Shown piece by piece: positions 30,025 through 40,706 of a stretch of DNA of 64,000 nucleotides. Positions within the stretch are counted from its first letter, which is position 1. Every line of letters begins with the position of its first letter. The position numbers and the translations under genes were made by a program. The notes beneath the pieces are model-generated. The model did not search any database, was not told the DNA's origin, and saw only the letters and a program-made list of their open reading frames with translations. The DNA is from Candidatus Babeliales bacterium (lineage in GTDB: Bacteria > Babelota > Babeliae > Babelales > Chromulinivoraceae): positions 7,948 through 71,947 of the forward strand of contig JBAZWT010000003.1 of assembly GCA_041660205.1 (NCBI GenBank), in the 5' to 3' direction.

Positions 30025-31362
30025 ATGTCACATTCTCCTGTCACTCTTGAAAAACCAGTTACTCTTGAAAAGATTGTCTCTTTGTGCAAAAGAAAAGGCT
30101 TTGTATTCCCCGCAGCTGATATTTATGGCGGGATCAATGGTATCTATGATTTTGGACACCTTGGGTACTTGATGAAAGAAAACATCAAAAATGCCTGGAA
30201 AAAATCTATTCAAAATGAACTTGGTGACATATTTTTCTTAGATGGTTCACTCATTGGACCACAAGCAATGTGGATCGCTTCAGGTCACGTAGAAAACTTT
30301 CATGATCCAATGATTGACTGCATGAATTGTAAAAAAAGATTTCGTACCGACGATGATCAAATCGATACCAACAAACCGTGTCCTTCATGTGGAATAAAAT
30401 CCTGGACTGACATTCGAGATTTCAATTTAATGTTTCAAACTCAGCTTGGCGCTCTGCAAGACGACAGCGCAAAAGCTTACCTACGACCTGAAACAGCACA
30501 GACTATATTTGTACAATTTAAAAATGTTTTAACAACCAATCGCGCTAAAATACCTTTTGGTATTGCTCAAATCGGTAAATCATTCCGAAATGAAATTACT
30601 CCAAAGCAGTTTCTATTCCGTATGAGAGAATTTGAACAAATGGAACTTGAATGGTTCTGCAAAGACGCAACCAGCATGGAAACGTTTGAATTTTGGGTTG
30701 AAAAACGCAAAGCTTTTTACAGCTCAATCGGTCTAGATATGAACAAAATAAGAATGTATCAACACCCTATAGAAAAACTTTCTCATTACAGCAAATGTAC
30801 CATTGACGTTGAATATGAATTTCCTTTTGGATTTAAAGAACTTGAAGGGATTGCTCATCGTGGCACCTTTGATTTAACACAACACTCCAAACACTCAGGT
30901 AAAGATTTAGCAATCTTTGATCAAGAAACTGGGCTAAGCGAAATTCCAACAGTGGTTGAAACATCTGTAGGCGTTGACCGATTATTTTTAACTTTGCTTT
31001 TTGATGCGTACACCGAAGATGAGATGGATGGAGAAACTCGAGTTCTTTTAAAATTGCATCCAACAATAGCTCCTATCAAAGCTGCAGTTTTGCCACTCAC
31101 TAAAAAAATATCTGAAAACGCAGAGCCGCTGTATAAAACTTTGAAAAAACAGTTCACCAATATTGATTTTGACGATAGTGGTTCTATTGGAAAAAGGTAT
31201 CGTCGTCAAGATGAAATCGGAACACCAATTTGTTTCACATTCGACTTCCAAAGTCTTGAAGACAACATGGTTACCGTGCGGCACAGAGATAGCGGAAAAC
31301 AAGAACGCATAGCAATAGACCAAGCTGCCCAGTATCTTGAAAATATATTAAAACCATCTTGA
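30025..31362 (+). CDS. glyQS: Glycine--tRNA ligase (class II, homodimeric GlyQS type)
   Basis: KRKGFVFPAADIYGGINGIYDFGHLG, YLRPETAQTIF and GIAQIGKSFRNEITP motifs. I placed the start at ATG 30025. The N-terminus contains an 18-bp tandem duplication encoding PVTLEK twice. Confidence 0.9.
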   Translation: MSHSPVTLEKPVTLEKIVSLCKRKGFVFPAADIYGGINGIYDFGHLGYLMKENIKNAWKKSIQNELGDIFFLDGSLIGPQAMWIASGHVENFHDPMIDCMNCKKRFRTDDDQIDTNKPCPSCGIKSWTDIRDFNLMFQTQLGALQDDSAKAYLRPETAQTIFVQFKNVLTTNRAKIPFGIAQIGKSFRNEITPKQFLFRMREFEQMELEWFCKDATSMETFEFWVEKRKAFYSSIGLDMNKIRMYQHPIEKLSHYSKCTIDVEYEFPFGFKELEGIAHRGTFDLTQHSKHSGKDLAIFDQETGLSEIPTVVETSVGVDRLFLTLLFDAYTEDEMDGETRVLLKLHPTIAPIKAAVLPLTKKISENAEPLYKTLKKQFTNIDFDDSGSIGKRYRRQDEIGTPICFTFDFQSLEDNMVTVRHRDSGKQERIAIDQAAQYLENILKPS

Positions 31363-31470
31363 AAACCTTCTGCTTTCATAAACACAAAAAGCACTAAGAC
31401 CTGTAAGGGATTGACTCATAAAGTCAGGAATCATTATGATACATACATTATTTTTTAAAAAAGGAATTTA

Positions 31471-32811
31471 ATGATAGCGACCAAAGGCAGATATTTTCTG
31501 AAATATTATCCACAACATATGATTCTTTTATCACTCATTATCTCGATAGGACTGGGAACGCTACTGCTCGCACTGCCAATATCGCGCGTAGAGTCTGTTC
31601 CACTTATCGATTTATTTTTCACCTCTGCGTCACTGACTACAGTGACAGGACTTATGACCGTTCCGATAGAACATTTTACCAATTTTGGACATGTTGTAAT
31701 GCTCTGTCTGATGCAGCTAGGTGGCCTAGGGCTCATGACATTGAGCCTTGTTTTTATCTACACCTTTAGCAATTTGGGGATTTATACCCAAGTAATTGCA
31801 AGTGAAGTTTTATCACTAAAAAGTTTTAAAGATACAAAGCATACGCTGTTTTTCATCATAAAACTTACTGCAATAACTGAACTTTTAGGCGCAATCATTA
31901 TATTTCCAACGATGTATCAAACCTATCCTTTCAAAAAAGCCGTCTTTCTTTCTGTTTTTCATTCGGTTGCATCGTTTTGTAACGCAGGGTTTAGTTTATT
32001 TCCTGATAAAATGCTGGAATATAACCACAATCCACTCATGATTTTTACCACGATGATTTTAATGATTATTGGTGGTCTCGGATTTGTAACGTGGCATGAA
32101 CTAAGCAAAAAATTTATTTCACGCAACTCATCACCAGTATACATTAGCTGGCATACGAAATTAGTACTGCGCATGTATCTTTTTACCAGCGTTACGATAT
32201 CAATTCTTTTCTGGATGATTGAAAGAAATCATACTCTCGCTCATATGCCATTTTTCCAAAAGTTGTACGTCGTCATGTTTACGGGTATAGCTATGAAAAG
32301 TACTGGATTTGCCCTCATTTCGTTTACCACGGTACACCTAGCTACTTTAGTTTTATCCATGGTTTCAATGTTTATCGGATCAGCGCCACTGTCTACAGGA
32401 AGTGGTATTAAAACAAGTGTCTTTGCTATTTATCTTGGAGTCATCAAAGCTGCAGTTCAAGGAAAAAGACATGCACTACTTTATGGACGTCATATCGTTG
32501 ATGATCAGGTGTATAAAGCTATGGCCATTATCGCACTTAGTTTATCTTGGATTGTCATCATCACCTTTTGCCTGCTGATCACAGAGCCAAAGTGGGAATT
32601 TATCGATATTTTATTTGGAACTGTTGCAGCATTTTCTAACAACGGTACTTTTATTGGAGCAATTGAACTCCTGACTTCTCTTGGAAAATGCTTTATAATT
32701 CTTTCTATGATTATTGGTAGAATTGGTGCGCTTGCACTCATCTTAAGCATGAAACGTATTAGCGAACAGCGAGAAATTTCGTATCCAAAAGAACATGTTA
32801 TTTTAGGGTAA
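31471..32811 (+). CDS. TrkH/KtrB-family potassium transporter membrane subunit
   Basis: 446-aa polytopic protein with repeated pore-like segments (TVTGL, QLGGLG, NAGFS, STGSG), typical of the Trk/Ktr/HKT superfamily. Confidence 0.8.
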   Translation: MIATKGRYFLKYYPQHMILLSLIISIGLGTLLLALPISRVESVPLIDLFFTSASLTTVTGLMTVPIEHFTNFGHVVMLCLMQLGGLGLMTLSLVFIYTFSNLGIYTQVIASEVLSLKSFKDTKHTLFFIIKLTAITELLGAIIIFPTMYQTYPFKKAVFLSVFHSVASFCNAGFSLFPDKMLEYNHNPLMIFTTMILMIIGGLGFVTWHELSKKFISRNSSPVYISWHTKLVLRMYLFTSVTISILFWMIERNHTLAHMPFFQKLYVVMFTGIAMKSTGFALISFTTVHLATLVLSMVSMFIGSAPLSTGSGIKTSVFAIYLGVIKAAVQGKRHALLYGRHIVDDQVYKAMAIIALSLSWIVIITFCLLITEPKWEFIDILFGTVAAFSNNGTFIGAIELLTSLGKCFIILSMIIGRIGALALILSMKRISEQREISYPKEHVILG

Positions 32812-32890
32812 ATTTCCTAACCGTTTTTTTTCTGCTACAGTAAACATCACTCTTAAAAAATACTTATTATTTCTTAAAAAGGTTTTATGT

Positions 32891-33535
32891 ATGAAATTTT
32901 GTATTATTGGACTTGGAAGATTTGGACAACAGCTTGCTCGCAGTCTAGCAGAGCATGAAGCTGAAGTTCTTGCAATCGATGCTGACGAACATGAAATTGC
33001 TGCGGTACAAAACTATGTCACGCAGGCTATTTGTACTGAAATTGTAGATGCTGCTTCACTTGAAGCTATTGGCATTGAAGAAATTGACATTGTCGTTATT
33101 GCAATCGGTGAAAACATTGCTCAATCAATTTTAATTGCTGCAATCATCAAAAAAAGATTCAAACATATTAAAGTGGTAGCTCGGGCAACCTCTCAAACTC
33201 AAGAAGAAATCTTAAATCTTTTAAAAGTTGATCAAGTTATCAGACCAGAAGAAGAAGCTGCTATCGACTTAGCTGATACTTTAAGCTCTCCTTTCCACAA
33301 CCTTGCTCGACTCAGCAAAACGTTTTCTGTTGGCTTAATTCAAGTACCAGAACATTTCATAAGCAAAACAGTAAAAGATTTTGATTTGTACAACTCGTAC
33401 CGACTGAACTGCATTGCGGTAAAACGCGATACAGAATTTGTATCAATCAATGAAAATTATACACTTCTTGATTATGATGAATTGGTCGTTTCTGGAAGAA
33501 ATGAAGATATCGTTGCTTTTGATAAAGAAAAATGA
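32891..33535 (+). CDS. TrkA/KtrA-type RCK (NAD-binding) regulatory subunit
   Basis: Rossmann motif IIGLGRFGQQLARSL followed by a TrkA-C-like C-terminal domain. Adjacent to the TrkH/KtrB gene. Confidence 0.8.
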   Translation: MKFCIIGLGRFGQQLARSLAEHEAEVLAIDADEHEIAAVQNYVTQAICTEIVDAASLEAIGIEEIDIVVIAIGENIAQSILIAAIIKKRFKHIKVVARATSQTQEEILNLLKVDQVIRPEEEAAIDLADTLSSPFHNLARLSKTFSVGLIQVPEHFISKTVKDFDLYNSYRLNCIAVKRDTEFVSINENYTLLDYDELVVSGRNEDIVAFDKEK

Positions 33536-33546
33536 AGAGGTTTAAA

Positions 33547-33580
33547 CCTCTTCATCCTCGTGCTTGACACGGGGATCCAC
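33547..33580. repeat. GC-rich intergenic repeat, short family member (…CCTCGTGCTTGACACGGGGATCC…)
   Basis: Aligns by eye with 40707-40779 and with the reverse complement of 63331-63370. A perfect hairpin gaagagg-tttaaa-cctcttc (33534-33553) precedes it. Confidence 0.6.
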
Positions 33581-33604
33581 TATCCTTAAAAAAGGAGTTC
33601 TCAC

Positions 33605-34588
33605 ATGTTGAATTTATCATATTTGTTAGTCGGCAATGCAATGCTCCTGCTGACTTGGTACTTTTTGCTTCTCAACCAAGTCTCAAAGCATATTTTGATG
33701 ATCTATTTTTGGATCCATATGTGGACCTATGGAGCCATTACCGCTTTATTTATATTTGAAGATACATTAATCAAATTTGATACCAATCCGCTTAAAACGA
33801 TTATTTTTGATTTTACGTACACAAATTTTCCCCTGTATTTTATTTCTTCAGCTTGTTTAATTGGTAGCTATATTTTATTTGACTACCTATCGCAACGTCA
33901 TGACATTGCCAAAATTATAGCACTCAGCCAAATCAGCATCATCATTTCTACCGTTGGGTATCATTTTTTAGGCGATAAAATGAGTTTAATATCGTCTATC
34001 TGCATGGGTATCATTGTGATTGGAGCACTCATTTCAGGATTGACCAGGTTATCTTTCAGGCACCCGATTGCATCACTCAGGGTGTATGACCGCCATTTAA
34101 TTTCATGGTCTCTGCTCAACGCTATTTTTATAGCAACTCCAGAACTTATCACTTTTTTATGCAGCGAGCACTATGATCCAACGACACGCGAAATCTTAAA
34201 ACTACTTACCAAGCATGCACATGGCATCCCTTTTGTCACTGTTATTCCTTTGTACATGAACATTGGAGTACAATGGTTTAATATCATGCTGCTGTACTTC
34301 TGGATACGCCGCTACTCACATGAACGCATTGATTTAATAACCACACTTCAACAACATAAAAAACTACTGTTTACGCTTGCAGTACTTCATACTGGATATA
34401 TTTATTGCTATTACACTGCTTTTAGCATGATCGAAAATAAAAATATTATTTCTGGAATTATGCAGCTGTACTTACCATTGACTATGGTTGGTGGAGTAGC
34501 ATTACTGCATCAACGTTACAATAAGTTTGAAGCTGTTGGCATGGGTATTATTGCTTTTGGATGTTTAATGTCGGTGTTTACATTATAA
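33605..34588 (+). CDS. Polytopic membrane protein (about 10 TM, possibly DMT/EamA-like)
   Basis: 327 aa and hydrophobic throughout. AAAGGAG Shine-Dalgarno upstream. Family not established. Confidence 0.5.
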   Translation: MLNLSYLLVGNAMLLLTWYFLLLNQVSKHILMIYFWIHMWTYGAITALFIFEDTLIKFDTNPLKTIIFDFTYTNFPLYFISSACLIGSYILFDYLSQRHDIAKIIALSQISIIISTVGYHFLGDKMSLISSICMGIIVIGALISGLTRLSFRHPIASLRVYDRHLISWSLLNAIFIATPELITFLCSEHYDPTTREILKLLTKHAHGIPFVTVIPLYMNIGVQWFNIMLLYFWIRRYSHERIDLITTLQQHKKLLFTLAVLHTGYIYCYYTAFSMIENKNIISGIMQLYLPLTMVGGVALLHQRYNKFEAVGMGIIAFGCLMSVFTL

Positions 34589-34612
34589 AACAGCTTATTC
34601 TTAAAAATTGAC

Positions 34613-34652
34613 GTAAAAAAAGTGAGCCTTTTTCAAAGCTCACTTTTTTTAA
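34613..34652. terminator. Bidirectional rho-independent terminator
   Basis: Stem agtgagc / gctcact flanked by an A-run and a T-run, between convergent genes. Confidence 0.7.
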
Positions 34653-34673
34653 TTTTGTCTAAAACTACTATTT

Positions 34674-35030
34674 CTAGAAAGATTCGACACGAATAATTGT
34701 TTGCGGTTGACGATGTCCTTTTTTCACCCGGCTTTTTTTACGACGTTTAAATCGGAAAATGATGATTTTAGGACCCTTCATTTGTTTAACAATAGTTGCT
34801 TTTAAGCTACCACTAACAAATGGTTGGCCAACTTCAACTGTTTCATTATCTTTTTTTAGTAAAACTTCTTTGAATTCTACTGAGTCTCCAGCTTCACCAT
34901 CGATTTTTTCAATCGATACTGTTTTGCCTTCGATCCCTTGATATTGCTTCGTGCCAATCTGAAAGATTGCATATTTTGTAAATGAGTCTTGTCGTTCCAT
35001 GAACTTAACCTTTTGATCGAGTGATTTCAT
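34674..35030 (-). CDS. rplU: 50S ribosomal protein L21
   Basis: YAIFQIGTKQYQ...KGPKIIIFRFKRRKKSRVKKGHRQ is a canonical L21 core. The start is ambiguous (ATG 35030 or 35000). Confidence 0.85.
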   Translation of the reverse strand: MKSLDQKVKFMERQDSFTKYAIFQIGTKQYQGIEGKTVSIEKIDGEAGDSVEFKEVLLKKDNETVEVGQPFVSGSLKATIVKQMKGPKIIIFRFKRRKKSRVKKGHRQPQTIIRVESF

Positions 35031-35190
35031 TTGATAATTTTTCTATAGGAAGTAATCATAATTTTAACACAGTTTATTCCCCCTGTAAAGAATCCATTTT
35101 AAAGCAGACTAAAGAAATCGTTGCAGATCGAAATTCAAACTTGTTACAATACTAAAAAGGGCTTAAAAGTAACAAAAGGGGGAGTTTACC

Positions 35191-35592
35191 ATGAGAGCTA
35201 TAAAATATTTGTTAGTTTCGCTACTCGCCGTCTCCATCGTTAAAAAGACACGCGCGCAGGATAATCCAGCACCCTTAATCCAAGCAGCACAGGTCGCTGC
35301 TACCACTGCCAAAAAATCACGCGTAACAAAAGGATCTACATTTATCGGTCATCATTTACCAAACAAAAAAATTGTCCAAACGAAAGCTGGCGACACATTG
35401 TTTGTGGACGTTGTTGAAGAAAAACAGGGTAATTATAAACAAACTGGATATGACGCTGCTACATTAGCAGTAACAACACCACATGGTACGCAAGTTTTAG
35501 AAAACATTGGAACAGTTTATCATCCACGACTTTCAACAAAAGGAACTCTTTATGGTGTACCTTTCGCAAAATCAATAATTCATACAACGTAA
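35191..35592 (+). CDS. Exported hypothetical protein
   Basis: 133 aa with signal-like N-terminus and a GGGGGAG Shine-Dalgarno. Confidence 0.5.
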   Translation: MRAIKYLLVSLLAVSIVKKTRAQDNPAPLIQAAQVAATTAKKSRVTKGSTFIGHHLPNKKIVQTKAGDTLFVDVVEEKQGNYKQTGYDAATLAVTTPHGTQVLENIGTVYHPRLSTKGTLYGVPFAKSIIHTT

Positions 35593-35604
35593 TCCAGGTT
35601 TTCT

Positions 35605-37104
35605 TTACGGTATAAATCGAACATTTTTAGCAGACGCTGCAACTTGTACAAGGGCAGCAGTTAATGTCGCAGCAATCGATGAATTTGCTACAACAGACGA
35701 TGCCTGCAGATCTATCGATGAACTACCCAAAGCTGGTCGTTGAGCGATAAAATCTTGAATTGCATTTTCAATTCCATCAACTTCTGTACTCGCAGTAGTA
35801 CAAATCGACAAATCAATTGTTTCATCTGCACAGGGAGCAACTATCGATAATGGAGCGTTTTTTAAATTTGAAGCAGTATCAAATAGAACTTTACCCAACC
35901 AATTCTTAAATCTTTGCGACATTGATGGAGTCGCTTTTGCAGCTTGAGCTAGTTGCTCTTGAGCTGATTGCTCTTGAGCTGGTTGCTCTTGCTCAGTCGG
36001 CAATACTTCTTGTGCAGCTACATCTTCTGCAGGCTGCTCAATGATATCTACAACCTCTACATGGTCTACCTTGGTAGCATCAACAGTTTCTTCTACTGCA
36101 GATAGCTCTTCTATTACTTCATCCAAATTACTTTGAGAAATTACAGGCAATACCGTCTCTACCATTTCAGGCTCTGGCAATGATACATTTGGTGATAGTT
36201 CTATCGGTGATAGTTCTATTGGTTGCGATTGAACAAAAGGTGCCTCTGCTGGCATACTAAAGGCAAAGAGTTGCTCTGCCCCGTCATGAGAAATTGGATC
36301 ATCCACAGCAACATTCAACTCATGGGGAGCAATACTTACATCAATATCTTGCTCAATTTTTTCAAACACAGCTTCGCCAGCCAAATATGAAGCTAGAGGT
36401 GGAAGGCCCAGAACAGCTAACTGCCATGGAAAATTCGAGTTATCTGATTGTGGCAATGCTGGAGCAACTTCTTGATTTGTTACAACTGGTGAAGCTGTAA
36501 CAGGTGCTGCTTGATATCTTTCAGCTGGATTTGATCCATCAAAAGAAGAATTTGTCGGCATAGTTACTTCTTGCCCGACATCGGTCGTCTCTAAATCTTT
36601 ATTTTCAGTTGCTTTATTTTTAATTGATTGACACGGCGCACCCTGAGGTGAGCTGTCTTGAGATGGCAAATTTTGAGGGAAAGCAGGATTTCTGCCAGAT
36701 TGTCCAGGGCCATAATTTGTGTCATAGCTGAAATCAGGATAATAATATGGCTCATAGTCCTGCTCATGACCATAAGAAGGCGTTTGACTGTCTTGGTATG
36801 AAGAGATTGGATACGGCACATGAGAAGAAGTATCAGGTGTTATATTTTTTACACTGTCTACGTACTGAGCTGATGCTCTGTGATGAGCAGGAACGTTGGC
36901 AGACCCTTGAACTCTTGGAATATGAAACCACTCAGACTGAACATCTGTTGGCAAATCACGTCTTTTACGCGTTAATTTTTTAATTGGATCAGCAGCATGA
37001 AATGATGGCTGCATTATTTGATTTTGCGACATTGATTGATGTGCGCAGTCAAATAGAACGATCACCGTAAAAAGAACTACATTCTTAAGTAATTTTTTCA
37101 TCAT
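35605..37104 (-). CDS. Exported Pro/Gln/Ser-rich low-complexity protein with short tandem repeats
   Basis: I placed the start at ATG 37104 (MMKKLLKNVVLFTVIVLF). 15-bp repeats at 35951-35995 (x3, EQPAQEQSAQEQLAQ) and 36191-36220 (x2, IELSPIELSP). Confidence 0.5.
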   Translation of the reverse strand: MMKKLLKNVVLFTVIVLFDCAHQSMSQNQIMQPSFHAADPIKKLTRKRRDLPTDVQSEWFHIPRVQGSANVPAHHRASAQYVDSVKNITPDTSSHVPYPISSYQDSQTPSYGHEQDYEPYYYPDFSYDTNYGPGQSGRNPAFPQNLPSQDSSPQGAPCQSIKNKATENKDLETTDVGQEVTMPTNSSFDGSNPAERYQAAPVTASPVVTNQEVAPALPQSDNSNFPWQLAVLGLPPLASYLAGEAVFEKIEQDIDVSIAPHELNVAVDDPISHDGAEQLFAFSMPAEAPFVQSQPIELSPIELSPNVSLPEPEMVETVLPVISQSNLDEVIEELSAVEETVDATKVDHVEVVDIIEQPAEDVAAQEVLPTEQEQPAQEQSAQEQLAQAAKATPSMSQRFKNWLGKVLFDTASNLKNAPLSIVAPCADETIDLSICTTASTEVDGIENAIQDFIAQRPALGSSSIDLQASSVVANSSIAATLTAALVQVAASAKNVRFIP

Positions 37105-37223
37105 AATCCCTATTAAAATCATCACCTGAATACTCATTTTATATACTAAGAATACGATTTTTTGGGACTTTGCGCAAAAGCCCCCCTCTCTTTTTTATAG
37201 CCTATTTGTATACAAATGGACGT

Positions 37224-37256
37224 AAAAAAAGCCAGTCGCAAAACTGGCCTTTTTTT
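37224..37256. terminator. Bidirectional-looking terminator hairpin
   Basis: Stem gccagt / actggc flanked by an A-run and a T-run. Confidence 0.55.
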
Positions 37257-37273
37257 GTATTTTAAAATAATTA

Positions 37274-37972
37274 TTATTTTTGTTCAGCTTTTACCAAGAA
37301 TGCAAATTCTGGATAAGTATCTAAGAATTTCTGTTGAATTTCTTGGCTACTATGATTAAATGCTACACAAAGCCCAGGAATACGATGTTTCACGTTATGA
37401 TCTGAGAGCCACGAATTTTCTTCATTTATATTTTCAATGCAATCTATATCAATATCTTCATGATCAATATTGTTTTTTTCATATTCAATATTTGTTTTTG
37501 CGTCATCAACAGATAGAGCAAAGCCTTTTGCAGCTATCATTAAGACTGGATTTTCTATTGAATTTATATGAGCGCCATGTCTGATCAATGTTAATAACAA
37601 TTGAGCATCAAAAAAAGATGCTACTGCTGCTAATGACATTCTTTCTGGGAACATCGCCAATTCATCTTCATCCATTTCTTCATCCGCGTCAACGTCATAA
37701 CCATAAATCAATGTCTTAAGCACTGCTAAGCCACTAATTGTTTGATTTATATCACCACCACGCTTCACAAAAGATTCAACAGCTTTATCGCGCAATACTA
37801 AACCCTTTTCAGGACCAAGGTCAGCATTAATTTTTGCAACATCTATAATCAAATTTAAAGCAGCAGCTTCTTTGGCAGTATTTGTAGTTTGATAACTTTC
37901 CTGACCTGCATTCATTGATATTGATATTGTATTTAGTGCAAATAAAGCACTCATCATTATTAATTTTTTCAT
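37274..37972 (-). CDS. Exported hypothetical protein, possibly with degenerate ankyrin-like repeats
   Basis: Signal-like N-terminus. LLLTLIRHGAHINSIENPVLMIAAKG resembles an ankyrin repeat. Weak call. Confidence 0.4.
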   Translation of the reverse strand: MKKLIMMSALFALNTISISMNAGQESYQTTNTAKEAAALNLIIDVAKINADLGPEKGLVLRDKAVESFVKRGGDINQTISGLAVLKTLIYGYDVDADEEMDEDELAMFPERMSLAAVASFFDAQLLLTLIRHGAHINSIENPVLMIAAKGFALSVDDAKTNIEYEKNNIDHEDIDIDCIENINEENSWLSDHNVKHRIPGLCVAFNHSSQEIQQKFLDTYPEFAFLVKAEQK

Positions 37973-38091
37973 AGTAAATTCCTTTTTTACGGTTTAACCA
38001 TTAAAAATAGGATAGCAGACCCAAGAATATGGGCAAAAGGGTGACCTCGTTTTACACCAATGATACCAAAAACTGTAACTTTTCAGCTTTT

Positions 38092-40701
38092 TTACGGCAT
38101 CAAATCTTTAAGCTCCCACAGCAAATCAAAAGCTTTTTTAGGTGAAAGATTATCGAAATCGACTTCTTTGAGACGCCCAATAATTAAATTTTCGATTAAA
38201 TTCGCCCTAGAATCAATCGGCCGAGATTGGACCTTGTCAATTATGGCCAGGCTGCCATCGCTTTCGTCCTGGGTCAAATTTGCGCTATTTTCATGCAGTC
38301 CCATGAGTATCTGCCGAGCCCTTTCAACGACCTCTTCAGGGATATAGGCAAGCTTGGCAACTTCAAGTCCAAAGCTTCCATCGGCCTTTCCAGCTACTAT
38401 TTTGTGCAAAAACACAATACCTGCCTCTGTGCGTACACTGTCGGCATAGTAACTAACTATTCCTGGGTAATGACGCTGCAGATCGGTTAATTCATGATAG
38501 TGAGTTGCAAAAAGGCACCGAGCCCCTATTTTCTGGAAAATGTATTCAACTATCGCCTGAGCCAGAGCCAGCCCATCATAGGTACTGGTTCCTCGCCCTA
38601 CCTCATCTAAAATCACTAAACTAGACTTAGTTGCTTGCTGTAAAATCTGAGCCGTTTCTTCCATCTCAACTAAAAAAGTACTTTTACCCTGAGCAAGAAA
38701 ATCTCCAGCCCCAATTCTGGTAAAAATACGATCAAGAATCGGTAGCTGTGCACGACGAGCAGGCACAAATGAACCTGTCTGCGCAAGCAAACAAATGAGC
38801 GCAACCTGACGCAAATACGTCGATTTACCGCCCATGTTTGGACCAGTTACAATCCACAAACTTTGCTCATCGGTGAGTGTAGTATCGTTAGCAATAAATT
38901 TATCGAGTAACGCTGATGCAACCACTGGATGCTTACCGCTCTGGATAATGATATCTCGATCAGAATGAAATTCAGGCTTTACCCATCCCCACTCATGGGC
39001 AACTTTAGCAAAACCCACCAACCCATCCACGATTGCAACCGATTGGCTTGCAGCTCGAAGGTCATAAACGTAATCTTTTACTTGAGCTTTTACTGACTCA
39101 AAAATCTCTTTTTCAAGCCCAGTAAGCTTATGCTGCGCTTGTAGTATCTCAAGCTGTAGAGCCTGCAAAGCTTTCATCGTAAACCGTTTTCGACCCACCA
39201 AGCTTTGCTGCTCAATGTAATCATCGGGAACAATATCTAAGTGCGTTTTGGTAATTTCAATGTAATAACCCTGAAGGTTATTATGACGAATTTTAAGTGA
39301 CGAGATGCCCGTTCTTTCTACTTCTTGCTGCTCAAGCTCTAAAATTTTGCTACTACTATTTTGAACCAAATCGCGCATACGATCTAATGACTCATGGAAC
39401 CCTGCTTTAATGATTCCTTCAACGTTTGCATCATCATTGCAAGACGTCTCTAGCAACATTTGAAGCTCAGAAAAATCTTTCATCGTCATGGCAATCGACC
39501 GCAAAAACTCACTGCGTGCGCTAAGCAATTCTTTTTGTAGCTCTGGAATTTTTGAAAGTATTGAACCTAGGCTGGCATAATCTCGAACTGATGCCCTATC
39601 TAAAGCTATACGACCAACGATTCGTTGCATATCGCCACAACCTGAAAGTAAATCTTGAACTTTTTTAAGCAAACTCCCTTCAGAAAGAAATTCTTTAACC
39701 ACGTTTTGGCGAGCTTGAATAATATCTTTTTCCATAAGTGGTGACAATAGCCACCGTTTGATCATACGCGAACCCATCGGGGTTACTGCTTTATCAACAA
39801 GTGAAAACAGCGTATGAGACCGTGAGCCGTCAAAGCTATTTTTAACAATATCTAAATTCTTCTGAGTTGCCCCATCAAGCATTAAAAATGCTTCTGGTTC
39901 ATACATCGTTATCGAGCGAAATCCTTCAAGTGCTTTTTGTTGATTTTTTTGCACATACTTTTTCCACAAAATAGTGGCATACAAAAGAGAACTTTGCTCC
40001 TGAAGTGTTTTAAATGAATGTTGGTCAAATTGCTGCGCTAGCCATGTAGTTTCTTGATCAATTAAAGCAGTATCAAAATTAAGTCCGTATGATGTTGTAA
40101 AAAAACCACGTTGCTTAAAAAACGATTCATACGATTGCATCGATCTATTTTGAAGCAAAAGTACTTCATCTGGCAAAAAGCGAAATAGTTCAGCTTCAAG
40201 CTGCCGTGATGATCCATACGGAAGCACTGTTGCGTGAAGTTGTGAAGTTAAAAGTTCTGAAAATAAAAGTCCATAACCAGCTTTGGTTGGGAAAAAAGAA
40301 AAGAGGTATGAATTTGATTTAGCATCTAAAAGATTTTCAGACACAAGCATGCCAGGAGTTAAAACATTGGTTACGCCACGCGCTACCATTTTTCCAGTGA
40401 CTGCTGTTTCAAGCTGATCGCACAAAGCAATTTTAAAACCACCTTTAACAAGTCTTGGAATATAATGATCTACAGCATGTACAGGAAATCCGCACAGTGG
40501 AATCGGCTGTCCGTTTAATTCACCGCGTTTGGTCAGCGTGATCCCTAAAAAATCTGATACTTTTTTAGCATCATCAAAAAATAGTTCGTAAAAATCACCA
40601 ACCTGGAAAAGAAGGATGGCGTCTGGATGCTCGCATTTAATGGTTGCATATTGCTTCATGACTGGAGTCAGTCCAGACAAATTCTGTGCATCAAACAACA
40701 C
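38092..40701 (-). CDS. mutS: DNA mismatch repair protein MutS
   Basis: N-terminal TPVMKQY and FYELFFDDA. Walker A GPNMGGKSTYLRQ, DEVGRGTSTYDG and THYHEL. GTG start preceded by GGGGGAGGG. Confidence 0.9.
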   Translation of the reverse strand: MLFDAQNLSGLTPVMKQYATIKCEHPDAILLFQVGDFYELFFDDAKKVSDFLGITLTKRGELNGQPIPLCGFPVHAVDHYIPRLVKGGFKIALCDQLETAVTGKMVARGVTNVLTPGMLVSENLLDAKSNSYLFSFFPTKAGYGLLFSELLTSQLHATVLPYGSSRQLEAELFRFLPDEVLLLQNRSMQSYESFFKQRGFFTTSYGLNFDTALIDQETTWLAQQFDQHSFKTLQEQSSLLYATILWKKYVQKNQQKALEGFRSITMYEPEAFLMLDGATQKNLDIVKNSFDGSRSHTLFSLVDKAVTPMGSRMIKRWLLSPLMEKDIIQARQNVVKEFLSEGSLLKKVQDLLSGCGDMQRIVGRIALDRASVRDYASLGSILSKIPELQKELLSARSEFLRSIAMTMKDFSELQMLLETSCNDDANVEGIIKAGFHESLDRMRDLVQNSSSKILELEQQEVERTGISSLKIRHNNLQGYYIEITKTHLDIVPDDYIEQQSLVGRKRFTMKALQALQLEILQAQHKLTGLEKEIFESVKAQVKDYVYDLRAASQSVAIVDGLVGFAKVAHEWGWVKPEFHSDRDIIIQSGKHPVVASALLDKFIANDTTLTDEQSLWIVTGPNMGGKSTYLRQVALICLLAQTGSFVPARRAQLPILDRIFTRIGAGDFLAQGKSTFLVEMEETAQILQQATKSSLVILDEVGRGTSTYDGLALAQAIVEYIFQKIGARCLFATHYHELTDLQRHYPGIVSYYADSVRTEAGIVFLHKIVAGKADGSFGLEVAKLAYIPEEVVERARQILMGLHENSANLTQDESDGSLAIIDKVQSRPIDSRANLIENLIIGRLKEVDFDNLSPKKAFDLLWELKDLMP

Positions 40702-40706
40702 TGCTA

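Noticed and set aside
34674-35030. rplU without the usual downstream rpmA (L27)
   Set aside because: It is real in this window, since a terminator follows rplU. Operon break-up is common in reduced genomes, and rpmA may simply be elsewhere, so I did not treat it as a finding.
38060-40701. Numerous 60-110-aa ORFs antisense to or nested in mutS, and likewise in ftsK, uvrA, murF, htrA, glyQS, trkH and the OMP genes
   Set aside because: All lie within strongly supported long CDSs on the opposite strand or in another frame. None shows a motif, signal peptide or Shine-Dalgarno.
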